From assembly GCA_965246885.1 (NCBI GenBank), contig OZ251992.1, positions 3,418,671 through 3,482,670 of the forward strand: a stretch of DNA of 64,000 nucleotides. The letters are read 5' to 3'. The translations under genes were made by a program, and so were the position numbers. Source of the DNA: Abditibacterium sp. (GTDB taxonomy: Bacteria > Armatimonadota > Abditibacteriia > Abditibacteriales > Abditibacteriaceae). Shown in pieces: positions 1-9,645 of this stretch (position 1 is the stretch's first letter; every line of letters begins with the position of its first letter). Below the pieces are notes generated by a model. It was not told where the DNA came from. It ran no database searches and saw nothing but the letters and a program-made list of their open reading frames with translations.

Positions 1-650
1 GCCTCGCCAACTTCCAAAACGCCATCGTGCTGGGCACCGGCGACCTATCGGAAATGGCGCTCGGCTGGTGCACCTACGGCGTCGGCGACCACATGAGCCA
101 CTACAACGTCAACGGCTCTGTTCCCAAGACGCTTATTCAGCACCTCATCCGCTACGTCATCGAGACCGCCCAGTTCGACGCCCCAACGAGCGCCACCCTT
201 GCCGCCATCCTCGATACGGAAATCTCGCCCGAACTCGTGCCCTCTGATACTGGCTCCAAGGACGCGCCCACCCAGTCCACGCAAGAGAAAATCGGCCCCT
301 ACGAACTGCAAGACTTCCACTTGTATTACCTCACCCGCTACGGTTTCCGCCCTTCCAAAATCGCCTTTCTCTGCCATACCGCATGGAGTGACACGACCAA
401 AGGCGCGTGGCCCGCAGGCTTCGGAAGCGCCAAGCGAAACGCCTACACCATCGGCGAAATCAAGCGCTGGCTGGACGTATTCTGCTTCCGCTTCTTCCAA
501 CTCTCGCAGTTCAAAAGGAGTTGCGTCCCCAACGGCCCCAAAGTCGGGAGCGGTGGCAGCCTCAGTCCGCGCGGCGACTGGCGCGCCCCCTCCGACGGCG
601 AAAGCGCGCCTTGGCTGGAAGAGTTGCGGTCAAACGTGCCGGAAGGATAA
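1..650 (+). CDS. nadE: Glutamine-dependent NAD+ synthetase, C-terminal part (5'-truncated by window)
   Basis: [40 protein letters not shown] and [28 protein letters not shown] motifs. Confidence 0.95.
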   Translation, partial: LANFQNAIVLGTGDLSEMALGWCTYGVGDHMSHYNVNGSVPKTLIQHLIRYVIETAQFDAPTSATLAAILDTEISPELVPSDTGSKDAPTQSTQEKIGPYELQDFHLYYLTRYGFRPSKIAFLCHTAWSDTTKGAWPAGFGSAKRNAYTIGEIKRWLDVFCFRFFQLSQFKRSCVPNGPKVGSGGSLSPRGDWRAPSDGESAPWLEELRSNVPEG

Positions 651-652
651 AG

Positions 653-1210
653 TTAGTCCGCCCCAATCAACATCGCCTGACCCTCTTGCGCCGCAACTAT
701 AAAGAACGCGCGGAGATTCTCGTAGTCGCGGTTAATGCCGTAATCTTCAATCCCGTCATCGTTCCACCTCTCGTTCGCGGGATAAATCTGCGCTTCTCGG
801 AACGCTTTGGCGTCATAACGGGCGGCCACGACTTCAACGGGGAGCGGCTCCAAAGCGCGGGCGACTTCGGCAACTTCGGCGGGCGTCAGATAAAACGCGA
901 CGCCATAAGTCGTTTCGATGTCGGTCGGCGTGCCACCCATCACCACGTTTTTGAGCGGGGCGGGCACTTGACTTCCGCCTTGAAAGCAGAACTCGCCCGT
1001 CAGCAGGAAGTGAATGGACTGCCACGAGTTGGTGATGTCGAGGTAGCGCCCGCTCTCTTCCAATACTCTGAGCGAGACTGCGTAGGCGTCGTAATCGTCC
1101 ATTCCGGCGCTGGTCTCGCCGAACCACTTTTCGAGCAGGTCGGCGGAGCCAGCCAGCAGGCCGTCCAACTCGGCGGACGACACGCGGCGATAGGATTGAT
1201 TGATGCTCAT
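653..1210 (-). CDS. YfbM/DUF1877 family protein
   Basis: LDITNSWQSIHFLLTG and YG..FYLTPAEVAEVARAL motifs; overlaps the photolyase stop. Confidence 0.85.
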   Translation of the reverse strand: MSINQSYRRVSSAELDGLLAGSADLLEKWFGETSAGMDDYDAYAVSLRVLEESGRYLDITNSWQSIHFLLTGEFCFQGGSQVPAPLKNVVMGGTPTDIETTYGVAFYLTPAEVAEVARALEPLPVEVVAARYDAKAFREAQIYPANERWNDDGIEDYGINRDYENLRAFFIVAAQEGQAMLIGAD

Positions 1211-2601
1211 GCGTCTTCAGTCTGCCCGTCCAAGAATTTCTTCGCTGTTTCCGAGAAGCGGTCGCGTCCGGCGCTTAGTTCAATGAGGGGGTCGGGGTAG
1301 GACTTGGGTTTTTCGCGCGACTTCCAAGGCTCGTAGATGATGCTGTGGGGCAGGTCGGCCAATTCGGGCAGCCATCGGCGCACGTAGTCGGCATGCGGGT
1401 CGAACTTCTGGCCTTGGCTGGTCGGGTTGAAAATGCGGAAGTAGGGCGAGGGGTCTACGCCGCAGCCCGCGACCCATTGCCAGTTGCCCACGTTCTGGTT
1501 GCGGTCGCCGCAAAGGAGCAGGCCGCGAAAGATGGCCTCGCCGACGCGCCAATCTATCAAGAGGTGCTTGCACAAAAACGACGCGCAGACCATCCGCACG
1601 CGGTTTTGCATAAAGCCGGTCTGCTGAAGTTCGCGCATGCCCGCGTCCACGAGCGGGTAGCCGGTTTCGCCGCGCGTCCAGCGTTCGAGGTCGGCTTTCG
1701 AGTCCGCACCTTTCCCGTCGCGCCAAGGGAAGCCGAGCCAGTTGTCGCGGTATTCCTGTGTTGCCGACTTCGGGTGCCTGTCCAACACGTCGGCGTAAAA
1801 GTCCCACCACGTTAGCTCCGCGCGCCACTTTTCGGTGTTGGCGCGCGAAAACGCGAGGCGCGGCGACAGGGCGCCGATATTGAAGTAGTAACTCAGCTTC
1901 GAGGTCGAGTCCTCGCGTCCCGGCTCATCCCGCGTGCGCTCGTAGGTCGCCTCCCCGTTTTTCAAGAACCACTCCAGCCGTCCCAAAGCCGCGTCCTCGC
2001 CCGCGTCGGGCAGGGGAATATCGGATTTCACGGTTGGAATATCGCCGGTTCTAATCTTCGTAGGGAGAGCCGCCATCTCCCCGGGCGCGTCGAAGAGTTC
2101 GGGCTTAGGGAGCGTCGCCCACTTCTTGCGATAGGCGCCGAAGACGCCGTAGCGCCCGCCCTCGTTGCTCACGACTTCTCCCGGATCGTGCGTGTATTGG
2201 CCGGGGTGCGCGTGGAACTCAATGTCCAATTCCGCGAGCATCTTTGCCGCGCGCGCGTCGCGGTCTTTGGCGTAGGGCGTATAGGTTTTGACGACATGCA
2301 CCGCCGCGACATTGCCCAATTCCCCAATTAACTCGCGCAGTTGCTCGACGACATCGCCGCGCCGCACGACCAAATCGGCGCCCAGTTCGCGGTATTTGTC
2401 GCGCAGCGCCCGCACGTTTTCCAAAAAGTGCGCTTGACGGCGCGGCGTGAGGTCGGGGCGCGCGAAGATGGCGTCGTCTATAATGACAAGCGGAACGACA
2501 ACGCCGCCCGATTGCGCGAGTTCAAGGGCATTGTAGAGCGCCGGGTGATCGTGGGTGCGCAGTTCGGTACGGTGCCAAACGAGGTGGACGGATTGAGGCA
2601 T
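1207..2601 (-). CDS. phrB: Deoxyribodipyrimidine photolyase (CPD photolyase/cryptochrome family)
   Basis: WHRTELRTHDHPAL N-terminus; TSKLSYY, GETGYPLVDAGMREL..TGFMQNRVRM, GNWQWVAG, YFRIFNP; start set at MPQSVH (2601). Confidence 0.92.
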   Translation of the reverse strand: MPQSVHLVWHRTELRTHDHPALYNALELAQSGGVVVPLVIIDDAIFARPDLTPRRQAHFLENVRALRDKYRELGADLVVRRGDVVEQLRELIGELGNVAAVHVVKTYTPYAKDRDARAAKMLAELDIEFHAHPGQYTHDPGEVVSNEGGRYGVFGAYRKKWATLPKPELFDAPGEMAALPTKIRTGDIPTVKSDIPLPDAGEDAALGRLEWFLKNGEATYERTRDEPGREDSTSKLSYYFNIGALSPRLAFSRANTEKWRAELTWWDFYADVLDRHPKSATQEYRDNWLGFPWRDGKGADSKADLERWTRGETGYPLVDAGMRELQQTGFMQNRVRMVCASFLCKHLLIDWRVGEAIFRGLLLCGDRNQNVGNWQWVAGCGVDPSPYFRIFNPTSQGQKFDPHADYVRRWLPELADLPHSIIYEPWKSREKPKSYPDPLIELSAGRDRFSETAKKFLDGQTEDA

Positions 2602-2635
2602 GAACGAAAAACAGGCAAAGCCAACGCCATAATCT

Positions 2636-2691
2636 CTCGCAAAGACGCGAAGGCACAAAGGATTTGTTTTGCGTCTTCGCGCTTTTGCGAG
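2636..2691. repeat. Imperfect inverted repeat of CGCAAAG-type short units
   Basis: ctcgcaaagacgcgaaggcacaaa ... tttgcgtcttcgcgcttttgcgag between the divergent phr and ECF sigma genes. Confidence 0.7.
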
Positions 2692-2748
2692 GAAATATAA
2701 GTCAACTACCGAACTTTCCCGCTCCCAGCGCCCATCCAAAGAAAGAGA

Positions 2749-3321
2749 ATGGAACTTGTTCTGCCCCGCCCGCCGCTTCTGCTTGGCGCCGCTTCCGCCC
2801 CCTTAAGCGACGAGGCGCGTCTGCTCGAACGGGCGCGCAGGGGCGAAGTGGGTGCGCTCGATTGCCTCCTGAACGCGCATCGCGGGCGGATTTTGAACCT
2901 GTGTTTCCAAGTTCTGCGCGTAGAAGCCGACGCCGAGGACGCCGCGCAAGAAACCTTCGTGCGCGCTTTCTCGAAGCTCGACAGCTTTCGCGGCGCGTCG
3001 GGGTTCGGGACGTGGCTGTATCGCGTGGCGCTCAACGTCTGCTTGGAACGCCGCCGCATGGGGCGCCCGACCGAAGCGCTCAGCGACGAACTCCATGCGC
3101 CGCCGACTTCGCCCGACGAACGGTTGGCGCTTGAATGGGCGCTCGACCAACTATCTGAGCCACTGCGTCTCGCGCTCATCTTGCGCGAGTGGCACGGGCT
3201 GAGCTACGAGGAAATCGCGGGCGCGCTGCATCTGCCCATCGGCACCGTCCGCTCGCGCTTGTCCGCCGCGCGCGAGGAGTTCCGCCGCGTATGGACGCTT
3301 TTGGAGGAGGAAGCGCAATGA
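2749..3321 (+). CDS. ECF-type sigma-70 factor
   Basis: DAEDAAQETF, FGTWLYRVALN and LSYEEIA..LPIGTVRSRLSAAR (regions 2 and 4). Confidence 0.93.
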   Translation: MELVLPRPPLLLGAASAPLSDEARLLERARRGEVGALDCLLNAHRGRILNLCFQVLRVEADAEDAAQETFVRAFSKLDSFRGASGFGTWLYRVALNVCLERRRMGRPTEALSDELHAPPTSPDERLALEWALDQLSEPLRLALILREWHGLSYEEIAGALHLPIGTVRSRLSAAREEFRRVWTLLEEEAQ

Positions 3322-3671
3322 ACCACGCCCCCGACGAACTGCCCGCTTCGGCCCGCTCCGCGTTCGAGGCTTATCCGCACCTCGCGCCCTCCACCAGCTT
3401 CAACCGCGCGGTGTTGGAGTCGCTCGCCCGCGAACGCGCGCGCCGCAAACGCGGCCTCGTCGGGCGCATCGAAGAGTTTCTTGGCTTGGGGCTATGGAGT
3501 TTCGCCGCCTCCGGGGCGCTGGGCGCCTTTCTTCCCGCCGCCGTCTTGGGCGCCTTGATGCTGTCGGGGCACAGCGCGCCGCCCAAGCCAACGAAGCCAG
3601 AAGTGCCAGCCGCGCTGTTGGGATGGGGGCCGTTCGACCTGCGGCGCAACCGCGAGTATTTGCAAGTCTGA
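3318..3671 (+). CDS. Small single-pass membrane protein, putative anti-sigma factor
   Basis: ATGA overlap with the sigma stop; P-S-x-x-F..V helix followed by one hydrophobic segment. Confidence 0.6.
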   Translation: MNHAPDELPASARSAFEAYPHLAPSTSFNRAVLESLARERARRKRGLVGRIEEFLGLGLWSFAASGALGAFLPAAVLGALMLSGHSAPPKPTKPEVPAALLGWGPFDLRRNREYLQV

Positions 3672-3689
3672 TTTTCTACGAGGCCATCT

Positions 3690-5780
3690 ATGAAAAAAAT
3701 CCCGTTGGGCGTGAAGCTCTTCCCGCTGTTGTGGGCGCTCGCGCTCTTTTTGCCGCCCGTGCGCGAAATGGCGCGCACCATTCCCTTTTATCGGAACACG
3801 CGCAGCATTTATAACGACTCGGTGCCAGACAACCTTCCACCGGATAACCCGACTGCCATCGAGTGGAACATGGAAGCGAGCGGCACGAGGGTGGAAGATC
3901 TCCGCGCGTTGGACGCGCTCGCGGCGCGTTTCCCGGAACAGCGATGGGTTGTCGCGGCGCGTTTGCGCCGCACGTGCGGGCTGGCGTTGTCGTTGCATCT
4001 CGATGATGGAACCGCCGCGAAGCAAGGCAACAAGCCTTCCGTGCTGGATGCCGAGGAACTCGAACGCGCCGCGCAAGTTGCGGCGGCGGCGGGAAAACAG
4101 GAGCCGGACAACTCGTTCTGGCCTTGGATGGAAGCCTTCTTTCGCTTTGCCCTCCATCAAAACGAGGCGGGGGCGGCGTGTATGGAGCGGGCCGGAAGCG
4201 CGTCGCACTTCGATGATTACACGCAAAGCACGGTGCGTGGGCGCGTCGCGCTGTGGAAACAGTGCGACCATCCGGCCTTTGAGGAAAAGATTGGTGTTTG
4301 GGTAGGGATTCTGTTTTCCCACTTTGCACCGATGCGCGCAACCTGTCGCGCGGCGGCGTATCAAGCCCTGCTCGCCCGCAAACGCGGCGACAACGCGCGC
4401 GCCGTGCGGCTCGGCGCCGCGATTCTGCGCGCCAACAAGGGGTTGTATGATGATTCGTGGGCAGTCATCGGCTCACTTGTAGCCCAAGCGGGCGTAATAG
4501 CGTCACTCGAAATACTCTTGGCCGAACCACTGCCGAAGTCAGCGACGCCACCGGGCGGCGTGATACAGCACAAATCGGGAGGAGCGCCACCAATAGCAGC
4601 GATGTCGCCGGACGCCGTTGCGCAGCACAGACAGAAACTGAAGGCGAAGTGGGCGCAGTTCGCGCGCGCCAACGGGCGTCCCGATTTGGCGACGGACGCC
4701 GATTGGATGGCTCTGCCCCCAGTGACGCAGAGCTTGGCAGCCTACTACGGACAGGCTATTTGGGCGCTGTTCGGCTTGCCACCGTCTCAAGGGCACATTG
4801 CGGCACTGGCGCCGTTGCTGCTGTTTTGGTGGTGGGCCTTTTGTTTTTCATCCGCGACGGTGTGGCTGGTGGGAGCGTTTCTCGCATGGCGCGGCAATGA
4901 GGGAGCGACCTCCTCGCGTGGGCAGGCTGTGGCCTGTGGCAACTTCGGGTTTTGGGCACTGGTGGGCGCGTTCTTTGTAGCGATTCAAAGTGGGTGGATG
5001 CCGGGAGTCTTGCTTGAATTTTGGGGGCAATCCGATGATGCCCCGACTCAACCCACCGCGTTTTATATTTCAGTGCTCGCGCTGGCGTGTTGGCTCGTGC
5101 CCGTTGCGTTTGTGGCGTGGAAGCGCGACCGCCGCTTTCGCTGGGTGCGCCCGCTCTATCCTAAGCCCGATAACTCGCGCGCCGCGCGTCGAGGGGCGTG
5201 GATGGTGGCGGGTGTCACGGGGTTGATCGCGGCGTTGATGCTATGGGAATACCCGTCAGGTTGGCACCCGGCGGTTTTGTTTTTCGTGTGCGCCATAGTG
5301 TCGTTTGCCAGCCTCGTGCTCGCGCTCGTTTTGACGGCGGGGCGTGTAACTAAAACGTGGCCGCGCTTACGGTTAGAAGGCGCGCGCCCCGCGCGTCCGG
5401 TCGCACCGCTAACTTGGCGGATGGCGCGGGTGGGCGCGTGGTTGGGCGCGCTGTGGTGCCTCTCGTCGTCGTTGATGGCGGGGACGCTGGATTTGCCGCC
5501 GCTCGTGGCTTCGTTGCAAGTGCCGTTGGGCATCCTGCTCATCGTCGCGGCGGTATGGATGGGGCGCAAAATTGGGCGCGGCGATGGCTTCGCGTTTCGC
5601 TTGGCGACGCGCACGGCGGGGGTGTTGTCGCTTGCGGGGAGCGCCGCGTTCTTGGTGCTGGCTCTGGCGGTTTGGCCGTTGCGGGTGGAGTTGAACCATC
5701 AGCTTGACCGAAGGCTTTCGATGCGCGAGGGGGACTGGATAAAGGAGCAACTCGCGGAGTTTCCGCCCGCGCCGCGTTAA
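3690..5780 (+). CDS. Hypothetical membrane protein: helical extracytoplasmic domain plus multi-TM C-terminus
   Basis: 696-aa ORF with an N-terminal hydrophobic segment and about 7-8 hydrophobic stretches in the C-terminal half; third gene of the ECF operon. Confidence 0.75.
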   Translation: MKKIPLGVKLFPLLWALALFLPPVREMARTIPFYRNTRSIYNDSVPDNLPPDNPTAIEWNMEASGTRVEDLRALDALAARFPEQRWVVAARLRRTCGLALSLHLDDGTAAKQGNKPSVLDAEELERAAQVAAAAGKQEPDNSFWPWMEAFFRFALHQNEAGAACMERAGSASHFDDYTQSTVRGRVALWKQCDHPAFEEKIGVWVGILFSHFAPMRATCRAAAYQALLARKRGDNARAVRLGAAILRANKGLYDDSWAVIGSLVAQAGVIASLEILLAEPLPKSATPPGGVIQHKSGGAPPIAAMSPDAVAQHRQKLKAKWAQFARANGRPDLATDADWMALPPVTQSLAAYYGQAIWALFGLPPSQGHIAALAPLLLFWWWAFCFSSATVWLVGAFLAWRGNEGATSSRGQAVACGNFGFWALVGAFFVAIQSGWMPGVLLEFWGQSDDAPTQPTAFYISVLALACWLVPVAFVAWKRDRRFRWVRPLYPKPDNSRAARRGAWMVAGVTGLIAALMLWEYPSGWHPAVLFFVCAIVSFASLVLALVLTAGRVTKTWPRLRLEGARPARPVAPLTWRMARVGAWLGALWCLSSSLMAGTLDLPPLVASLQVPLGILLIVAAVWMGRKIGRGDGFAFRLATRTAGVLSLAGSAAFLVLALAVWPLRVELNHQLDRRLSMREGDWIKEQLAEFPPAPR

Positions 5781-5830
5781 ACTGGAGGTATTCAGGGCAA
5801 CTTCTGGCGCGCGGGTCGCGTCGGAAAGAT

Positions 5831-8191
5831 GTGGCCCCGTCTGCCAACCCCGTTTTGCACTCGCAATTAGAAGCCCGCTCGCCCGACTCGGCGTTTCCCC
5901 CGCCCGACAACGAGGGCGCGCGCGAGGCTGTGGCGGCGCACGGGTGCGACAACCCGCGCCAAACGGTGCGCGAATTGGTTGCCAAAACCCTCCAAGCCCG
6001 GCCCCAGTCCGATGCGCTCCTGCTGGAGCGCGCTTTTGAGTTCGCGTCGGAAAAGCACGCCGAGCAACGGCGCAAAACGGGCGAGCCGTATATCAACCAC
6101 CCCACCGCCGTCGCGGGCATCTTGGCCGAGCTTGGCATGGACGACGTGACCATCGCCGCCGGGTTCTTGCACGATGTCGTCGAGGACTGCGGAGTGACTT
6201 ACGAGGAAATGCAAGCGCGCTTTGGCGCCGATGTCGCGCAGTTGGTCGAGGGCGTCACCAAGCTCAAGCGCATCCAGTTCTCCACCAAAGACGAGAAGCA
6301 GGCCGAAAACCTGCGCAAGCTGTTCCTCGCTATGGCGGGCGACGTGCGCGTCATCATCGTCAAGCTCGCCGACCGCTTGCACAATATGCGCACCATCGAG
6401 GGGCACGGCGACAAGGCCAAGCAACGCGAAACGGCGGAAGAAACGCTCCATATCTTCGCGCCCATCGCGCACCGCTTGGGCATTTGGCGCGTGAAGTGGG
6501 AACTCGAAGACCTCAGCTTCAAGCAGATAGACCCCGAACACTACAAGCAAATTTACAAGTTCGTCCAGTCCACCCGCGCCCAGCGCGACCGGCGCGTCGA
6601 GGAGTCCACGCGCTTGCTGCGCGAAAAACTGTTGGAAGAGGGCATCGAAGCCGAAGTGAGCGGGCGCCCGAAGCACTTCTACTCCATCGCGCAAAAGATG
6701 ATCAAGCAGGGCCTCAAGTTCGAGGCCATCCACGACCTTATCGCGCTTCGCATCGTGACCGACTCGCCGCGCGATTGTTATCATGCGCTGGGCGTCGTGC
6801 ACGGCTTGTGGTTGCCGATTCCCGAAATGTTCTTCGACTACATTTCGCAGCCCAAGCCCAACAACTACCGCTCCTTGCACACCAAAGTGCTGGACAACAA
6901 CGGCGACCTGCTCGAAGTGCAAATCCGCACCAAAGAGATGCACCGCGAAGCGGAATACGGCATCGCCGCCCACTGGCGCTACAAGGGCGAGGGCGCGAAC
7001 GAGAAGTCGTTTGGCGATCGCTTGCGCTGGTTGCGGCCCGTGCTCGAACTCAACAACGAGACGCAGGGCGACTCCAAATCGTATCTCGACTCGCTGAAGA
7101 TGGACTTGGCGGCGGAGCAGGTCTTCGTGTTCACGCCCGACGCCGATGTGGTGTATTTGCCCGTCAACTCGACGCCCGTTGACTTCGCCTTTCGCGTTCA
7201 CTCGGCGATTGGCGCGGGGTGCAACGGCGCCAAGGTGAATGGGCGCATCGTGCCGCTCAATTACAAGCTGCACAACGGCGACATTTGCACCATCATCACA
7301 AGCGCCAACTCCAAAGGCCCCAAGCGCGGCTGGCTCGAGTTCGTGGTGACTTCGCACGCCAAGAGCCGCATCAAAGCCTTCCTGCGCCGCCAAAGTTTCG
7401 AGGAGAACGTCCATGCGGGCGTCTTGAAGTTAGAGAAAGTCGCGCGCGCCGAACGCCTGAAACTGGGCAATATCGCCGAGTCCCCCGCCCTGAAAGCCCT
7501 CGCCAAAGAGATGGGCCAAAAAAGCGCGGGCGACCTTCTAGCGGCCATCGGCTTTGGCGAACTGTCCGCCGCGACCGTCTTGCACCGCGTGCGCGACTCG
7601 CTCGCCAACCAGCCCGCGCCCGTGCCGGAAGAGGAATTAGAAGCGCTGTCCGGCCAAGCCGCCAACCTCTTGCAAAAGCGGTCGGAAACGTTGGAGTCCG
7701 CCGCCGAGAACCTTGATCTTAGCTTCGGCGTTCCCGGCGCGCGCCAAGTGTTGGAAGTCGACCCCAACGCGACGGGCGACCTCAGTTATCACTTGTCGCG
7801 TTGTTGCGCCCCCATTGCGGGCGACGAAGTGCGCGGCTACATCACGCGCGGGCGCGGCATCTCCGTCCACCGCGCCGACTGCTCGAACCTGCGCTTCTAC
7901 GAACGCCGCGAAAGCGCACGCATCGTGCCCGCCAAGTGGGGCGGTCAGGCCGAGCGCGACTTCCCCGCCCTTATTGCCGTCGAAGCGAGCGACCGCAAGG
8001 GCCTCCTCGCCGATGTGAGCGTGAAAATCGCCGAGCGCGGCATCTCGATCTCGGCAGTCAACACTTACCCCCTCAAGCGCAACCGCGCCCGCCTCAACAT
8101 CGCCGTTTCCGTCGGGCAAGTGGAACAACTCGACTCCCTCATGAACGCCCTCCGCGACATCGCGGGCGTCGTGCGCGTGCATCGGGTTTAG
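5831..8191 (+). CDS. rel: Bifunctional (p)ppGpp synthetase/hydrolase Rel
   Basis: GEPYINHP, LHDVVED (intact HD), KLADRLHNMRT, GRPKHFYSI, EVQIRT, TGS domain, CC and ACT C-terminus; start uncertain. Confidence 0.96.
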   Translation: MAPSANPVLHSQLEARSPDSAFPPPDNEGAREAVAAHGCDNPRQTVRELVAKTLQARPQSDALLLERAFEFASEKHAEQRRKTGEPYINHPTAVAGILAELGMDDVTIAAGFLHDVVEDCGVTYEEMQARFGADVAQLVEGVTKLKRIQFSTKDEKQAENLRKLFLAMAGDVRVIIVKLADRLHNMRTIEGHGDKAKQRETAEETLHIFAPIAHRLGIWRVKWELEDLSFKQIDPEHYKQIYKFVQSTRAQRDRRVEESTRLLREKLLEEGIEAEVSGRPKHFYSIAQKMIKQGLKFEAIHDLIALRIVTDSPRDCYHALGVVHGLWLPIPEMFFDYISQPKPNNYRSLHTKVLDNNGDLLEVQIRTKEMHREAEYGIAAHWRYKGEGANEKSFGDRLRWLRPVLELNNETQGDSKSYLDSLKMDLAAEQVFVFTPDADVVYLPVNSTPVDFAFRVHSAIGAGCNGAKVNGRIVPLNYKLHNGDICTIITSANSKGPKRGWLEFVVTSHAKSRIKAFLRRQSFEENVHAGVLKLEKVARAERLKLGNIAESPALKALAKEMGQKSAGDLLAAIGFGELSAATVLHRVRDSLANQPAPVPEEELEALSGQAANLLQKRSETLESAAENLDLSFGVPGARQVLEVDPNATGDLSYHLSRCCAPIAGDEVRGYITRGRGISVHRADCSNLRFYERRESARIVPAKWGGQAERDFPALIAVEASDRKGLLADVSVKIAERGISISAVNTYPLKRNRARLNIAVSVGQVEQLDSLMNALRDIAGVVRVHRV

Positions 8192-8208
8192 ACGACACTC
8201 CAGACATT

Positions 8209-8844
8209 ATGCAAATTCACCTTGTCGCTGTTGAGCCTGATTTAGCCGATGCGTGGCGCAAGTTCTGTGGTGATCTCGAAGGCGTTACAGTTCACGAAGG
8301 CTCGATTTTTGATATTCGTTGTGATGCCGTCATCAGTCCCGCTAACAGTTTTGGTTTTATGGACGGCGGAATTGACCATCTTTACTCCCGCCGTTTTGGT
8401 TGGCAGGTGCAAGAACGGCTACAAGAACTCATCCAGGAACACCATCACGGCGAGTTAGTTGTTGGCACCGCTGAAATTGTTGAAACAGATGCCTCAATTC
8501 CTTTTCTTATCGCCGCCCCAACGATGCGTGTTCCGATGATTTTGCGCGATACGGTCAATCCTTACTTGGCGGCTCGCGCGGCTTTGCTTCTTGCGAAACA
8601 CGGTGTATTTCGTTCGGGCACGTTCAAAGGCACACCCGTTGCTGAAGTCGTGACAAGCGTTGCGTTTCCGGGTCTGGGGACAGGTGTGGGTCAAGTTGGC
8701 CCGGCGGTTTGCGCGCATCAAGTTCGCATAGCTATCGAAGAAGTGGTTTTGAAGGCGCGTCCTTTTCCACTAAGTTGGGCACAAGCACAGGCGCGCCACC
8801 AACAGCTTTACACCGACCGAATTCGAGACTTGCAACGAGGCTGA
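8209..8844 (+). CDS. Macro domain (Appr-1-p processing / ADP-ribose-binding) protein
   Basis: DAVISPANSFGFMDGGID, APTMRVP and SVAFPGLGTGVG motifs; ATG at 8209. Confidence 0.9.
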   Translation: MQIHLVAVEPDLADAWRKFCGDLEGVTVHEGSIFDIRCDAVISPANSFGFMDGGIDHLYSRRFGWQVQERLQELIQEHHHGELVVGTAEIVETDASIPFLIAAPTMRVPMILRDTVNPYLAARAALLLAKHGVFRSGTFKGTPVAEVVTSVAFPGLGTGVGQVGPAVCAHQVRIAIEEVVLKARPFPLSWAQAQARHQQLYTDRIRDLQRG

Positions 8845-8851
8845 AACTATC

Positions 8852-9577
8852 TTAATCGGAAAGCGGTGCGCCGACGACTAAGCCTTGCTTGTGCTTGATT
8901 TCAAAGACGTGTTCGCGCAGTTCGATGGGGGTGGCGCGCATTTTTCGCACGAACATGGCGCGTTGGTAGCGGCCTTCGGCGGCTTTAACCAAGCGCAGTT
9001 GGATGACGCCGGACACGAGGAACTCTTCGACCGAGTGTTCCGCCGTGCCCATCGCTCCGGGCCAGATGTGACTGGTCATAATCGTGGTGCAACCGAGGTT
9101 GTCGTCTATCGAAAAGATGAGGTCGCGGATGAACTCTTGCACGTCGTGGACGCGCTCGCGGTGCAAAACGAGCGGCACGATGGAGTCGAAGACGAGGCGC
9201 TTGGCGTTGATGCGGCGGATTTGCTTGCTTAAGTCGGAGATAACCTCGGCGGAGTCAATGGAGTTGTTCTTGCCTTGGCGCACCCAGTTGAAATACGGCG
9301 ACACGTCCAAAAGCGTCAGCTTGCCCGCTTCGACGGGCGTGCGCAAATCCCAACCGAGCGATTCGGCGTCCTCGACGACGTGCGCCGGTTTTTCGTCAAC
9401 GGAAATATAAATACCGTTCTCGCCCTGCTTCAAGCCTTCGAGGATGAACTGCGCCGAGAAAGTCGTCTTGCCGGTCCCGGGTTCGCCGGTGAGCAGATAC
9501 GACTTGCCTTGCGGCAAGCCGCCCTGCAACATTTGATCGAGTCCCGCGACGCCCGTCGCCACGCGTTGTCTTGCCAT
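8852..9577 (-). CDS. Single-domain KaiC/RAD55-like ATPase
   Basis: RVATGVAGLDQMLQGGLP, Walker A GEPGTGKT, RLVFDS, RKMRAT. Confidence 0.88.
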   Translation of the reverse strand: MARQRVATGVAGLDQMLQGGLPQGKSYLLTGEPGTGKTTFSAQFILEGLKQGENGIYISVDEKPAHVVEDAESLGWDLRTPVEAGKLTLLDVSPYFNWVRQGKNNSIDSAEVISDLSKQIRRINAKRLVFDSIVPLVLHRERVHDVQEFIRDLIFSIDDNLGCTTIMTSHIWPGAMGTAEHSVEEFLVSGVIQLRLVKAAEGRYQRAMFVRKMRATPIELREHVFEIKHKQGLVVGAPLSD

Positions 9578-9645
9578 AATTATTACGGGGAGTGTAGCGA
9601 GGGATTGGCCAAATTTAAGGGACAACCCTGACACTCTCCCACCCC

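Noticed and set aside
8852..9577. Circadian kaiABC clock
   Set aside because: Single domain only, and no kaiA or kaiB
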